From positions 25,287-89,286 of the forward strand of contig CALGZX010000056.1 in NCBI GenBank assembly GCA_937934165.1: a stretch of 64,000 nucleotides of DNA, given 5' to 3'. The translations under genes and the position numbers were made by a program. Shown piece by piece: positions 43,610-52,381 of the stretch (positions are counted from its first letter, which is position 1; every line of letters starts with the position of its first letter). Below the pieces are notes generated by a model. It worked only from the letters and a program-made list of their open reading frames with translations, ran no database searches and was not told where the DNA came from. This DNA comes from an uncultured Collinsella sp. (lineage in GTDB: Bacteria; Actinomycetota; Coriobacteriia; Coriobacteriales; Coriobacteriaceae).

Positions 43610-43781
43610 ACGTCAACGCCGCAGCGCCGCCACCATACACAACCAGCGCAAACGCCGTACCGCCGGCCCAAGCCTCAGCTGCCGCGCATCAATCGTTACG
43701 CGCTCATCATATGCCTGCGGTATCATATTGCGCCGTGTATCGTTTCCAAACACACGTCTCTATAACGTAACAGGAGATCAC

Positions 43782-45194
43782 ATGGACGCAACCGCAATTA
43801 TCCTCGCCGCCGGCGAGGGCACCCGCATGAAGTCGAACCACTGCAAGGTTTCGCACAAGATTCTAGGCAAGCCCATGGTTCAGTGGATCGTCGACGCCAC
43901 CATCAAGGCCGGCTGCAGCCGCGTCGTGGTCGTCATCGGCAGCCACGCCGACGAGATGCGCGCCCTCATCGATGGCGCCTACGCCAACAGCGCCACCAAA
44001 GTCGAGTGCGTCGAGCAGACCGAGCGCCTGGGCACCGGCCATGCCGTCAAGGTCGCGCTCGAGGCCTGCGGCATCGCGCAAGGCCCCGTCGTCGTGCTCA
44101 ACGGCGACCTGCCGCTCATCACCGCCGACACCGTCGCCAAGTTCGCGCAGACCGTCGCCACCGGCGAGCTCGCCTGCACCGTCATGACCATGACCCCGCC
44201 CGATCCTTTTGGCTACGGCCGCATCAAGCTGGGCGCCGATGGTCAGATCGAGCGCATCATCGAGCAGAAGGACTGCACGCCCGAGCAGGCCGCCACGCTG
44301 CTGGAGTGCAACGCCGGCTGCTACGCCTTCGACGGCGCGCAGCTTGCCGCCCACATTAACGAGATCGGCAACGACAACGCGCAGTCCGAGTACTACCTGC
44401 CCGACATGCTCGAAATCCTCAAGGGTCACGGCCAGGCAGTCTCCATCTTCCACTGCGACGACTACCGCGACGGCCTGGGCGTCAACAGCCGCATCCAGCT
44501 CGCGCAGCTCACCGCCATCGCGCGCGACCGCATCAACGAGCACTGGATGGCAGAAGGCGTCACGTTCATCGACCCCACGCAGGCCTGGATCGGTCCCGAC
44601 GCCACCATCGGCCGCGACACCGTCGTGTGGCCGCAGACGCATCTGATCGGTCACGTCACCGTGGGCGAGGAGTGCCAGCTCGGCCCCAACAGCCGCCTCA
44701 CCGACACCACCGTCGGCAGCGGCTGCATCATCGATGAGACCATCGCCATCGAGGCCGTCATCGAGAACGGCGTCGACTGCGGCCCGCGCGCCTACCTGCG
44801 CCCGGGCACCCACATGCTCGACGGCTCCAAGGCCGGTACGCACGTGGAAATCAAGAAGTCCACGATCGGCGAGGGTTCCAAGGTGCCGCACCTGTCCTAC
44901 ATCGGCGACACCACCATGGGCGCCGGCGTCAACGTGGGCGCGGGCTCCATCACCTGCAACTACGATGGCGTGCACAAGCACAAGACCGTCATCGGCAAGG
45001 ATGCCTTCATCGGTTCCGACACCATGATGGTCGCGCCCGCCCAGATCGGCGACGGCGCGCTCGTGGCCGCCGGCTCCGTCATCACTGAACCGGTCCCGGC
45101 AGACGCACTCGGTCTGGGTCGCGCCCGTCAGGTAAACATTGAGGGCTGGGCCGCCGATTATCGCCGCCGTCTGCACGAGGACGACGAGGTATAA
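43782..45194 (+). CDS. glmU: bifunctional GlcNAc-1-P uridyltransferase / GlcN-1-P acetyltransferase
   Basis: Start trimmed to the ATG at 43782 (MDATAIILAAGEGTRMKS) with an AGGAGA SD, plus C-terminal left-handed beta-helix hexapeptide repeats. The upstream 75 codons of the track ORF are non-coding. Confidence 0.93.
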   Translation: MDATAIILAAGEGTRMKSNHCKVSHKILGKPMVQWIVDATIKAGCSRVVVVIGSHADEMRALIDGAYANSATKVECVEQTERLGTGHAVKVALEACGIAQGPVVVLNGDLPLITADTVAKFAQTVATGELACTVMTMTPPDPFGYGRIKLGADGQIERIIEQKDCTPEQAATLLECNAGCYAFDGAQLAAHINEIGNDNAQSEYYLPDMLEILKGHGQAVSIFHCDDYRDGLGVNSRIQLAQLTAIARDRINEHWMAEGVTFIDPTQAWIGPDATIGRDTVVWPQTHLIGHVTVGEECQLGPNSRLTDTTVGSGCIIDETIAIEAVIENGVDCGPRAYLRPGTHMLDGSKAGTHVEIKKSTIGEGSKVPHLSYIGDTTMGAGVNVGAGSITCNYDGVHKHKTVIGKDAFIGSDTMMVAPAQIGDGALVAAGSVITEPVPADALGLGRARQVNIEGWAADYRRRLHEDDEV

Positions 45195-45211
45195 CGTTTT
45201 ACCAAGCATCT

Positions 45212-45246
45212 AAGGAGCTGTTCCCATGGGGGCGGCTCCTTTTTCT
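45212..45246 (+). terminator. rho-independent terminator after glmU
   Basis: AGGAGC - 16 nt loop - GCTCCT followed by TTTTTC. Confidence 0.55.
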
Positions 45247-45385
45247 ATCGTGACCTGCGCGACCGGATGAGTGGTCGGTTCGTGTCCGTTGACGGTAAAG
45301 ACGTTATCAAGACTCGATAAACCCCGCCGCGCGGTTACAATGCAACAAGGCATCTATATGGCATTCGATATAAAGGAGAAGGGTA

Positions 45386-46372
45386 ATGCCGATTAATGAT
45401 CCCGAGAAGTCGGAGAATATGCGCAAGTCCATCCGCGTGTATTCCGGTTCCTCCAACCGTCCCCTCGCTCAGAAGATCGCTGAGTACCTTGGGGTCGAGC
45501 TTTCGGGCCTTACGCTAAAGCAGTTCGCCAACGGTGAGATTTACGCCCGCTACGACGAGACCGTCCGCGGCGCCGACGTCTTCCTGATTCAGTCCGTGGC
45601 CGGCGGCAACGTCAACGACATGCTCATGGAGCTGCTCATCGCCACCGACGCTGCCAAGCGCGCATCCGCCCGCTCCATCACCGCCGTTATCACCCACTAC
45701 GGCTATGCCCGCCAGGACCGCAAGGCCGGCCCGCGCGAGCCCATCACCGCCCGCCTCGTCGCCAACCTGCTCGAGCGCGCCGGCGTCAACCGCATCATCA
45801 CCCTCGACCTGCACCAGGGCCAGATTCAGGGCTTCTTTGATATCCCGGTTAACCACCTGTCCGCGCTGCCGCTGTTTGGCCAGTACTACAACGACATGCA
45901 CTTCGACACCGACAACCTGGTTGTCGTCTCCCCCGACGTGGGTCGCGCCAAGGCCGCCAAGAAGCTGTCCGACATGCTCGGCTGCGACCTGGCCATCGCC
46001 CACAAGGGCCGTCCGCGCCACAACGCCGCCGAGGTCATGGGCATCATCGGTGACATCAAGGGCAAGACCTGCATCATCAACGACGACATGATCGACACCG
46101 CTGGCACCCTGTGCGCCAACGTCAAGGAGCTCAAGGCTATGGGCGCTGGCGACATCTACGTCTGCGCCACCCACGGCATCTTCTCCGGTCCGGCCATCGA
46201 GCGTCTGAACGACGCCCCGATCGTCGAGTGCCTCGTCACCGACGCCATTCCTGTCGAGGTCGGCGGCAAGATCAAGACCATCTCGGTCGCCGAGGAGTTC
46301 GCTCAGGCCATCTCCGCCGTTTACCACGAGGAGCCCGTCTCCACACTCGTCGGCGGCGACTTCGCGCTGTAG
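45386..46372 (+). CDS. prs: ribose-phosphate pyrophosphokinase
   Basis: 328 aa: FANGE, YARQDRK, and the PRPP loop DDMIDTAGT. AAAGGAGAAGGG SD. Confidence 0.94.
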   Translation: MPINDPEKSENMRKSIRVYSGSSNRPLAQKIAEYLGVELSGLTLKQFANGEIYARYDETVRGADVFLIQSVAGGNVNDMLMELLIATDAAKRASARSITAVITHYGYARQDRKAGPREPITARLVANLLERAGVNRIITLDLHQGQIQGFFDIPVNHLSALPLFGQYYNDMHFDTDNLVVVSPDVGRAKAAKKLSDMLGCDLAIAHKGRPRHNAAEVMGIIGDIKGKTCIINDDMIDTAGTLCANVKELKAMGAGDIYVCATHGIFSGPAIERLNDAPIVECLVTDAIPVEVGGKIKTISVAEEFAQAISAVYHEEPVSTLVGGDFAL

Positions 46373-46405
46373 CCTGCCGCACATCGCATCATCTTTGATG
46401 CTTTT

Positions 46406-46437
46406 AAAGGGTCGGAAACTCGCTTCCGACCCTTTTT
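46406..46437 (+). terminator. rho-independent terminator after prs
   Basis: AAAGGGTCGGAA-ACTCGC-TTCCGACCCTTTTTC. Confidence 0.8.
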
Positions 46438-46459
46438 CTATCCCTCGCCAACCTTCCCT

Positions 46460-46659
46460 GGACAATTAGTTCAGATACGTATTTTTTAAAGCTCCAAAGG
46501 GCCGTTCGGAGCCTTCTGAGCTCCCCGGCGGATGCCATGCCGCCCAAAGCTCATCTTTTTCGAGTACAACCGCCGCATCTTTACCCTCAAATCGCCCTCG
46601 AAGGCCCTTAGAAACGTCTCGAACGCCCGCCGCCTTATACGTATCTGAACTAACTGTCC
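46460..46659. mobile_element. 200-bp MITE-like element, copy 1
   Basis: 23-nt terminal inverted repeats: GGACAATTAGTTCAGATACGTAT (46460-46482) and ATACGTATCTGAACTAACTGTCC (46637-46659). It encodes no transposase. Confidence 0.7.
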
Positions 46660-46823
46660 AGTAGCTATCGTCAACCTTCGCGGCAGAGCTCAATTTCCCG
46701 CAATCCCCTCAACCGATTCCACCGATTTCATAACACCCAGCCGTTCGTGGCGCGCAGCGCCCCGCTGAGCGAAAAGAACGGCATGGCGGTCGCATTCTGC
46801 CGCCAACTTAGTACGTTATAGCT

Positions 46824-47951
46824 ATGACGACCGTGATTTCACATTTCTCCGCCCTCCGCGCAATTCGTCGCGCACGACGGGCGTACTCTGCCCTACCCTG
46901 GGACTCCGTTGATAGCGAACAGCAAGCACAGGCCTTGGCTGGCTGCATTCCCAACAATGACGCGATAGACTTTGGCGCACTTTCGATACTCGACGCCTGG
47001 AATGAAGATGATTCCGAACTGCTCGATCTTCTCGTTTCAAACGAAGACAACAGACGCCCCGACAAGCGACTTCTTCAGCATATTCTCTCCGCTTCGCTTC
47101 CTGAAGGTGCAATTATGCACGTCGAGGCCGACATCTACGCAACGTCTCCTGCCATGACAGCCATGCTTTGTTCCAAGAATGAATCAGTCGCCAAAACCTT
47201 GATGCTACTCATGGAACTGCTCGGAACCTACTCCCTTCCCCCCGGGGCAACATACCCCATTGCCTATGACGCCATCTGGCCCAAGGGCGATGACTGCGCA
47301 GCGACGGGCGATCTTGATTGCTTGGGCGACCAGTCGGCGACCGAACAACAGAACGAGACCCGCTACGAACAGGCACACTACAAATGCGAGCCCGCCACAA
47401 CTATCGAAGAGCTCGAGGCGGTCGCACGCTTCGCCAAAAGTAGCTCATACACCTCGTTTCGCACGGCAGTCAATCTCGCCCGACCCGGATCTGCATCCCC
47501 AGCCGAATCCCTAATGTTTGCCGTTCTCGGAGCGCCCATGCGCTTTGGCGGATTCGGATGTTGCAGCCTGCCCATGGGAGGCCTGCTACTCAACTATCGA
47601 ATCGACTTCGACACTCTTGCGGTCAACATGTCCTCCGGCATCCCTTACGCCATCTGCGACCTATATTGCCCGGCCGCCGGAGTCGACAACGAATACAACG
47701 GAATCGGGCATGAGCTTCAAAACGCTCGCATCCACGATGGCAATCGAAATAATGGCCTCAAGGCAATGGGCATCCACGTCCTGGTTATCAATCGCGACCA
47801 AATGAAAGACCTTGTTGCACTCGAAGCCTTCGCCCAAACGATGCATCGACTCGCGGGAGTCCGATTCCGATACCGTATCAAGGGCTATCGCAAGCGTCAG
47901 ACCGCTTGGCTCAACGCCCTGCGGGCCGGAATCGGCCTTGCGCCGGTCTAA
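46824..47951 (+). CDS. hypothetical protein with C-terminal Vsr/DUF559-like (restriction-endonuclease-fold) domain
   Basis: 375 aa. The TSPAMTAML segment resembles the T(T/S)PxRTxxD motif, and the C-terminal ICDLYCPAAGVDNEYNGIGHE...HDGNRNNGLKAMGIHVLVINRDQM resembles the D...E.DG..H...R...L...G..V.R pattern of DUF559 proteins. It has no obvious SD and a lower GC content than the flanks. Confidence 0.5.
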   Translation: MTTVISHFSALRAIRRARRAYSALPWDSVDSEQQAQALAGCIPNNDAIDFGALSILDAWNEDDSELLDLLVSNEDNRRPDKRLLQHILSASLPEGAIMHVEADIYATSPAMTAMLCSKNESVAKTLMLLMELLGTYSLPPGATYPIAYDAIWPKGDDCAATGDLDCLGDQSATEQQNETRYEQAHYKCEPATTIEELEAVARFAKSSSYTSFRTAVNLARPGSASPAESLMFAVLGAPMRFGGFGCCSLPMGGLLLNYRIDFDTLAVNMSSGIPYAICDLYCPAAGVDNEYNGIGHELQNARIHDGNRNNGLKAMGIHVLVINRDQMKDLVALEAFAQTMHRLAGVRFRYRIKGYRKRQTAWLNALRAGIGLAPV

Positions 47952-47985
47952 ACGGCGAATCACCCGTGCACCGTCGAGCAGGGCT

Positions 47986-48187
47986 GGACAGTTAGTTCAA
48001 ATACGTATAAATGGACACATTGAATTAGGCTGTTTTGCAGTTATCTCTATACCATTCGCCCGATTTGAGGGCAGGGTAGACTTCAAAACAGCGTCATATG
48101 GACTAACTAAAGCTCCAAAACAACGTATCGGCATTGAATCGAGCAATTCGAGTTCTCAGAACTTATACGTATCCGAACTAACTGTCC
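47986..48187. mobile_element. 202-bp MITE-like element, copy 2 (interior inverted relative to copy 1)
   Basis: TIRs are GGACAGTTAGTTCAAATACGTAT (47986-48008) and ATACGTATCCGAACTAACTGTCC (48165-48187). The interior CGATTTGAGGGCAGGG matches the reverse complement of the copy 1 interior (CGATTTGAGGGTAAAG). Confidence 0.7.
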
Positions 48188-48301
48188 ACCTCGATTTCGA
48201 CGGCCGTCCAAACGCCCTCAAATAACCTCAATTGCCCTCCATTTGACAGCGGCAACAGGGTCGCTCACCATAGCAGGCGACAAATCAACGAAAGGATGAA
48301 C

Positions 48302-48931
48302 ATGGCAGCTGCACAGCCGCTTAAGATTCGCATGGTTGCCGGACTTGGCAACCCTGGCGAGGAATATGCCGAGACCCGTCACAACGCTGGTTTCAAAGCA
48401 ATCGACGAGCTGGCCCGTCAGGCCGGCGTCACGTACTGGAAAAACCAAGCAGGCGCCGAGGTCGCGCTCATCAACATCAACGATCCCGAGGAAGAGGGCG
48501 GCAAGCGCCAGATTGTACTGGTCAAGCCGCAGTCGTACATGAACACCTCGGGCGGGCCCATCTCCAAACTCTGCCGCGAGTACAAGATCAAGGCCGAGGA
48601 GCTGCTCGTGATTCACGACGAGCTCGACATTCCCGCCGGCGACGTACGTGTTAAGGTGGGCGGTGGCCACGCCGGCCACAACGGCCTGCGCTCCATCATC
48701 GACAAGATGGGCAGCCGCGACTTTAGTCGCATCCGCACCGGCATCGGCAACCCTCCCGGCAAGATGGCCGTCGCCGACTACGTGCTTAAGCAGCTGCGCG
48801 CCCGCGCGGCCGAGGATTTCCAGGACACCTGCGCCCGCGCGGCCGACGCCGCCGGCCTGGCCATCGTGCACGGCGTGATCTATGCCCGCGATCACGTAAA
48901 CGGCGCCGCCTCCGCCAACGGCAAGCACTAA
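48302..48931 (+). CDS. pth: peptidyl-tRNA hydrolase
   Basis: GLGNPG(E)EY..TRHN(A)GF, MNTSG and HDELD motifs. Start set at the ATG at 48302 (AAAGGA SD 5 nt upstream); the track ORF starts at the ATG at 48296. Confidence 0.92.
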   Translation: MAAAQPLKIRMVAGLGNPGEEYAETRHNAGFKAIDELARQAGVTYWKNQAGAEVALININDPEEEGGKRQIVLVKPQSYMNTSGGPISKLCREYKIKAEELLVIHDELDIPAGDVRVKVGGGHAGHNGLRSIIDKMGSRDFSRIRTGIGNPPGKMAVADYVLKQLRARAAEDFQDTCARAADAAGLAIVHGVIYARDHVNGAASANGKH

Positions 48932-48973
48932 AACCTACCATTTAGGGATGTTTATTTTGGCAGGTTTTACCTG
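48928..48973. repeat. CTAAAACCT-type hairpin repeat (copy A) containing the pth stop codon
   Basis: CTAAAACCTACCATTTAGGGATGTTTATTTTGGCAGGTTTTACCTG, with arms TAAAACCTACCA / TGGCAGGTTTTA. The TAA at 48929-48931 is the pth stop. Confidence 0.7.
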
Positions 48974-49033
48974 CAGAAACGCCCAACCGCAGCATCGCAA
49001 TCAACCGCGCGCCGACTTACACACATAGCGCCC

Positions 49034-49077
49034 CAAAGGGGGCCGGCCTCATCACAACCCGAGGCCGGCCCCCTTTG
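49034..49077. terminator. strong 17-bp stem-loop downstream of pth
   Basis: CAAAGGGGGCCGGCCTC-ATCACAACCC-GAGGCCGGCCCCCTTTG. Confidence 0.6.
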
Positions 49078-49097
49078 CCGTTTTACCCGATAAGGCT

Positions 49098-49128
49098 GAC
49101 CAAAATAAACCTGCCCCTATTTGGTAGG
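49098..49128. repeat. CCAAAATAAACCTG-type repeat (copy C, opposite orientation)
   Basis: GACCAAAATAAACCTGCCCCTATTTGGTAGG. The reverse complement CCTACCAAATAGGGGCAGGTTTATTTTGGTC forms the hairpin ACCAAAT/ATTTGGT. Confidence 0.6.
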
Positions 49129-49302
49129 CCAAAGTGGATAAACCCTGCTCCCACCTGCCAAAGACACACGTAAGCGACATGTCCATGAGGGTATAATTTG
49201 CACCGTATGTCTGCACAACGCCTGTGCGCGTACGGTTTTATTCGGGCTACCGTCCATTTCCGTGGAGGCACGGTTCGGCAGCCCTAACAAGAGAGGGGTT
49301 CT

Positions 49303-50142
49303 ATGTATAAGATCCTGGAGAAGACGCAGTTCTCGGAGAAGGTGTTCAAGTTCCGCATCGAGGCGCCTGCAATCGCCAAACATGCGCACGCTGGACAGTT
49401 CCTCATGGTTCGCGCCAACGAGACGGGCGAGCGCGTCCCGTTTACCCTGGCCGGCTGGAACGGTGACGAGGGCTGGGTCGAGTTCATCTTCATGGTGATC
49501 GGCAAGACCACCGAGATGCTGTCCACCTACGAGGCTGGCGAGTCGCTGCGCGATGTCGTGGGCCCGCTGGGCGTTCCCACCGAGATGGCCGAGGGCCCCT
49601 GCGCCGTCATTGGCGGCGGCGTCGGCCTGGCAATTGCCTTCCCGGTCGCCAAGCACCTGGTCGAGACCGGCCACGAGGTGCACGCCATCATGGGCGCCCG
49701 CACCAAGGACCTCCTGCTTATGGAGGACCAGTTCCGCGAGCTCCTCGACGAGGACCACATCCACATCACCACTGACGACGGCTCCTACGGCGAGCAGGGC
49801 GTTGTCACCGCTCCGCTGGAGCGCCTGCTGCAGGACAAGGCCGTGAGCCAGGTCTTCTGCGTCGGCCCCGTTCCGATGATGAAGTTCTCGACCCTCACCG
49901 CCCAGAAGTACGACACCCCCATCACCGCGTCGCTCAACCCCATCATGGTTGACGGCACCGGCATGTGCGGCTGCTGCCGCGTCGAGGTAGGCGGCGTGAC
50001 CAAGTTCGCTTGCGTCGACGGCCCCGACTTCGATGCCACCCTGGTCGACTGGGATGACCTTCGTGCCCGCCAGGCCGCTTACCGTTCCGAAGAGGGCGAG
50101 TCCCTCAAGGCCTATGAGGAAAAGAGCTGCGCATGCCACTAG
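49303..50142 (+). CDS. nfnA: NfnA/SudB-type ferredoxin-NADP(+) reductase-like subunit (FAD, [2Fe-2S])
   Basis: 279 aa with an FNR-like fold (GQFLMVR, GGGVGLA) and a C-terminal cluster motif CGCCRV...C. It overlaps the GltD-like gene. Confidence 0.8.
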   Translation: MYKILEKTQFSEKVFKFRIEAPAIAKHAHAGQFLMVRANETGERVPFTLAGWNGDEGWVEFIFMVIGKTTEMLSTYEAGESLRDVVGPLGVPTEMAEGPCAVIGGGVGLAIAFPVAKHLVETGHEVHAIMGARTKDLLLMEDQFRELLDEDHIHITTDDGSYGEQGVVTAPLERLLQDKAVSQVFCVGPVPMMKFSTLTAQKYDTPITASLNPIMVDGTGMCGCCRVEVGGVTKFACVDGPDFDATLVDWDDLRARQAAYRSEEGESLKAYEEKSCACH

Positions 50143-51542
50143 TTAACGGTCGTTTCGTTGCCGATATGAAGTCGCCCCGCACCCCCGATAACGAGGAGCC
50201 GGCTGCCGAGCGCGCCTGCGACTTCCGCCCCGTCGACAAGGGCTTCACCGAGGAGATGGCGCTGGCCGAGGCCGAGCGCTGCCTCAACTGCAAGAAGCCG
50301 TTCTGTGTTGAGGGCTGCCCCGTCAACATCAACATCCCCCGCTTTATCGAGCAGATCCGCGCGAAGGACTTCGGCGGCGCTCTCGATACCATCCGCGAGG
50401 ACTCCATGCTTCCCGCCATCTGCGGCCGCGTCTGCCCGCAGGAGAACCAGTGCGAGGGCAAGTGCATCCGTGGTAAGAAGTCCGAGCCCGTGGCCATCGG
50501 CCAGCTCGAGCGCTTCCTGGGTGACCGCCCCGAGCTCGCCTCCACGCCCAAGATGGCTCCCAAGAACGGCAAGAAGGTCGCCGTCGTCGGCTCCGGCCCG
50601 TCCGGCATCACCTGCGCCGGCGAGCTCGCCCGTAACGGCTTTGACGTTACCGTCTTCGAGGCCTTCTTCACCGGCGGCGGCGTGCTGGTCTACGGCATCC
50701 CCGAGTTCCGTCTGCCCAAGGCAGTCGTCAAGCGCGAGATTGACGGCCTGGAGGACATGGGCGTCAAGTTTGAGTACAACTCCGTCGTGGGCAACATGGC
50801 CACGGCCGAGGAGCTGTTCGAGCAGGGCTTCGACGCCATCTACGTGGCGACCGGCGCTGGCCTGCCCAAGTTCCTCAACGTCCCCGGCGAGAACCTGCCC
50901 AACGTCTTCTTCGCGAACGAGTACCTCACCCGCGTGAACCTGATGAAGGCCAACAAGTTCCCCGAGTACGACACCCCCACCAAGCACGGCAAGAACGTCG
51001 TCGTCTTTGGTGGCGGCAACGTGGCTATGGACGCCGTCCGTACCGCCAAGCGTCTGGGCGCCGAGCACGCTATCATCGCCTACCGTCGTACCGAGGACGA
51101 GATGCCCTGCCGTCGCGCCGAGCTGCACCATGCTAAGGCCGAGGGCGTCGAGGTTCTGCCGCTCGTCTCCCCGCTCGAGTTTGTCGCTGGCGAGGACGGC
51201 TCCGTGTGCGCCGTCAAGGTCCAGAAGATGGAGCTCGGCGAGCCTGACGAGTCCGGCCGTCGTCGCCCGGTGCCCATCGAGGGCGCCATCGAGGAGATTC
51301 CCTGCGACGTCGCAATCTCGGCTATCGGCACCAACGCCAACCCCTTCGCTGCCAAGATCGGCGGCAAGATGGAGCTCAACAAGTGGGGCTACATCGTCGC
51401 TGACGAGGAGACCGGCCAGACCACCGATCCCCGCATCTGGGCCGGCGGCGACATCGTCACCGGTGCCGCTACGGTCATTCTGGCGATGGGCGCCGGCAAG
51501 AAGGCCGCCGCTTCCATCACCAAGAGCCTGCTGGGCGAGTAA
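50133..51542 (+). CDS. nfnB: NfnB / GltD-like NADPH-dependent oxidoreductase subunit (2x[4Fe-4S], FAD)
   Basis: 469 aa: CLNCKKPFCVEGCPV, CGRVCPQENQCEGKC, and Rossmann motifs VVGSGPSGITCA and VFGGGNVAMD. The pairing with the FNR-like subunit is typical of NfnAB/SudAB. Confidence 0.85.
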   Translation: MPLVNGRFVADMKSPRTPDNEEPAAERACDFRPVDKGFTEEMALAEAERCLNCKKPFCVEGCPVNINIPRFIEQIRAKDFGGALDTIREDSMLPAICGRVCPQENQCEGKCIRGKKSEPVAIGQLERFLGDRPELASTPKMAPKNGKKVAVVGSGPSGITCAGELARNGFDVTVFEAFFTGGGVLVYGIPEFRLPKAVVKREIDGLEDMGVKFEYNSVVGNMATAEELFEQGFDAIYVATGAGLPKFLNVPGENLPNVFFANEYLTRVNLMKANKFPEYDTPTKHGKNVVVFGGGNVAMDAVRTAKRLGAEHAIIAYRRTEDEMPCRRAELHHAKAEGVEVLPLVSPLEFVAGEDGSVCAVKVQKMELGEPDESGRRRPVPIEGAIEEIPCDVAISAIGTNANPFAAKIGGKMELNKWGYIVADEETGQTTDPRIWAGGDIVTGAATVILAMGAGKKAAASITKSLLGE

Positions 51543-51570
51543 TCACCTACAGTGCTAGCCACCAAACGGC

Positions 51571-51609
51571 AAAGTCCCCGTCGAGCACACGCCCGGCGGG
51601 GACTTTTTT
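51571..51609 (+). terminator. rho-independent terminator after nfnB
   Basis: AAAGTCCCCGTCG - loop - CGGCGGGGAC followed by TTTTTTC. Confidence 0.7.
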
Positions 51610-51619
51610 CTATGCCAGT

Positions 51620-51670
51620 CGACCGACCACCACAAAGGTGTCTGTCCCCTTTGTGGTGGTTTTTGGTCGG
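51620..51670. repeat. GGGGAC-loop hairpin (reverse orientation) acting as a terminator for the kinase-like gene
   Basis: ACCACCACAAAGG-TGTCTGTC-CCCTTTGTGGTGGT. On the minus strand the loop reads GGGGACAGACAC. Confidence 0.6.
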
Positions 51671-52333
51671 TTAGTCTTCGAGCTGCGCTACTTTGTAGCG
51701 GTAGGCTGCGGCAATAACGTCTTTGCAACCCTCGCGGCCCAGCTTGGCGCGGTTGACGACGATGTCTTTACCGCTCGTCATCTTCCACTTTCCGGCACTG
51801 TAGCGCTTATAGAACGCCTCGCGCGCCTTCTGCTGCTGCTTGACCAGCTTTTACTGCTTCGACGCGTTGGTCACGCGCACGGACCCGTTGCGTCCGAACG
51901 AGACAACAGTAAGCTGCCCCTTGCGCACGATCTCGACGCGGTCCTCAAAGGGCGCAGTCACCAACACGGCAATGTGGTTGGGGTTGTTGCGCAGCAGATA
52001 ATCGGACAGACGGCCTTCGATAATGCAGCTCTCGGTCTCACCCAGATCCAAAATCACCTGGCTCATCTTTTGGAACAACTTGTCCGAGTACGAACGCGCA
52101 TCGTAGCGGTCGGGCAGAAACGCCATGTTCTCCACGGCCAGGCGCTCGTCGTAGGCGGCCATCTTGTCGAGCGACTCGCCCGCGCGCAGCGAAGCACGCA
52201 CCAGCAGCTCGTTATCGTACAGCGGAATCCCCAGCTCATCGGCGAGGATACGACCAATCTCGTGGCCCTCGGCGCCAAAGTCGCGCGCGATGGTAATGAC
52301 CACAGGATTCTTCTTATTCTCCAGATCGCTCAT
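51671..52333 (-). pseudogene. cytidylate-kinase-like family (Cytidylate_kin2) gene interrupted by one in-frame TAA at 51851-51853
   Basis: The ORF from the ATG at 52333 (MSDLENKKNPVVITIARDFGAEGHEIG...) stops at TAA (…NASKQ*). The same frame continues for 59 more codons (KLVKQQQKAREAFYKRYSAGKWKMTSGKDIVVNRAKLGREGCKDVIAAAYRYKVAQLED*) and ends at the terminator. That tail matches the family C-terminus pattern R..YY..YTG..W...YDL..N...LG.E.C...I. Confidence 0.55.
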
Positions 52334-52349
52334 CGCGATTCCTTTCTCT

Positions 52350-52380
52350 ATGTGACAAAGGGACAGTCCCTTTGTCACAT
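52350..52380 (-). terminator. perfect 15-bp-arm palindrome between the permease stop and the kinase-like gene start
   Basis: ATGTGACAAAGGGAC-A-GTCCCTTTGTCACAT, with a GGGAC/GTCCC core. Confidence 0.55.
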
Positions 52381-52381
52381 T

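Noticed and set aside
43610-43781. Riboswitch (TPP, cobalamin, THF or preQ1) controlling the ECF transporter operon.
   Set aside because: No hallmark sequences, such as the CTGAGA/ACCTGA of TPP or the GCCACTG B12 box, were seen in the 170-nt divergent spacer shared with glmU. The substrate of the S component therefore stays unassigned.
46466-46693. 75-aa ORF inside MITE-like copy 1, and the corresponding reading frame in copy 2 (part of ORF 47812-48225).
   Set aside because: The ORFs run from TIR to TIR, have no SD or credible start context, and are not conserved as protein between the two copies; only short nucleotide patches match. They are most likely non-coding.
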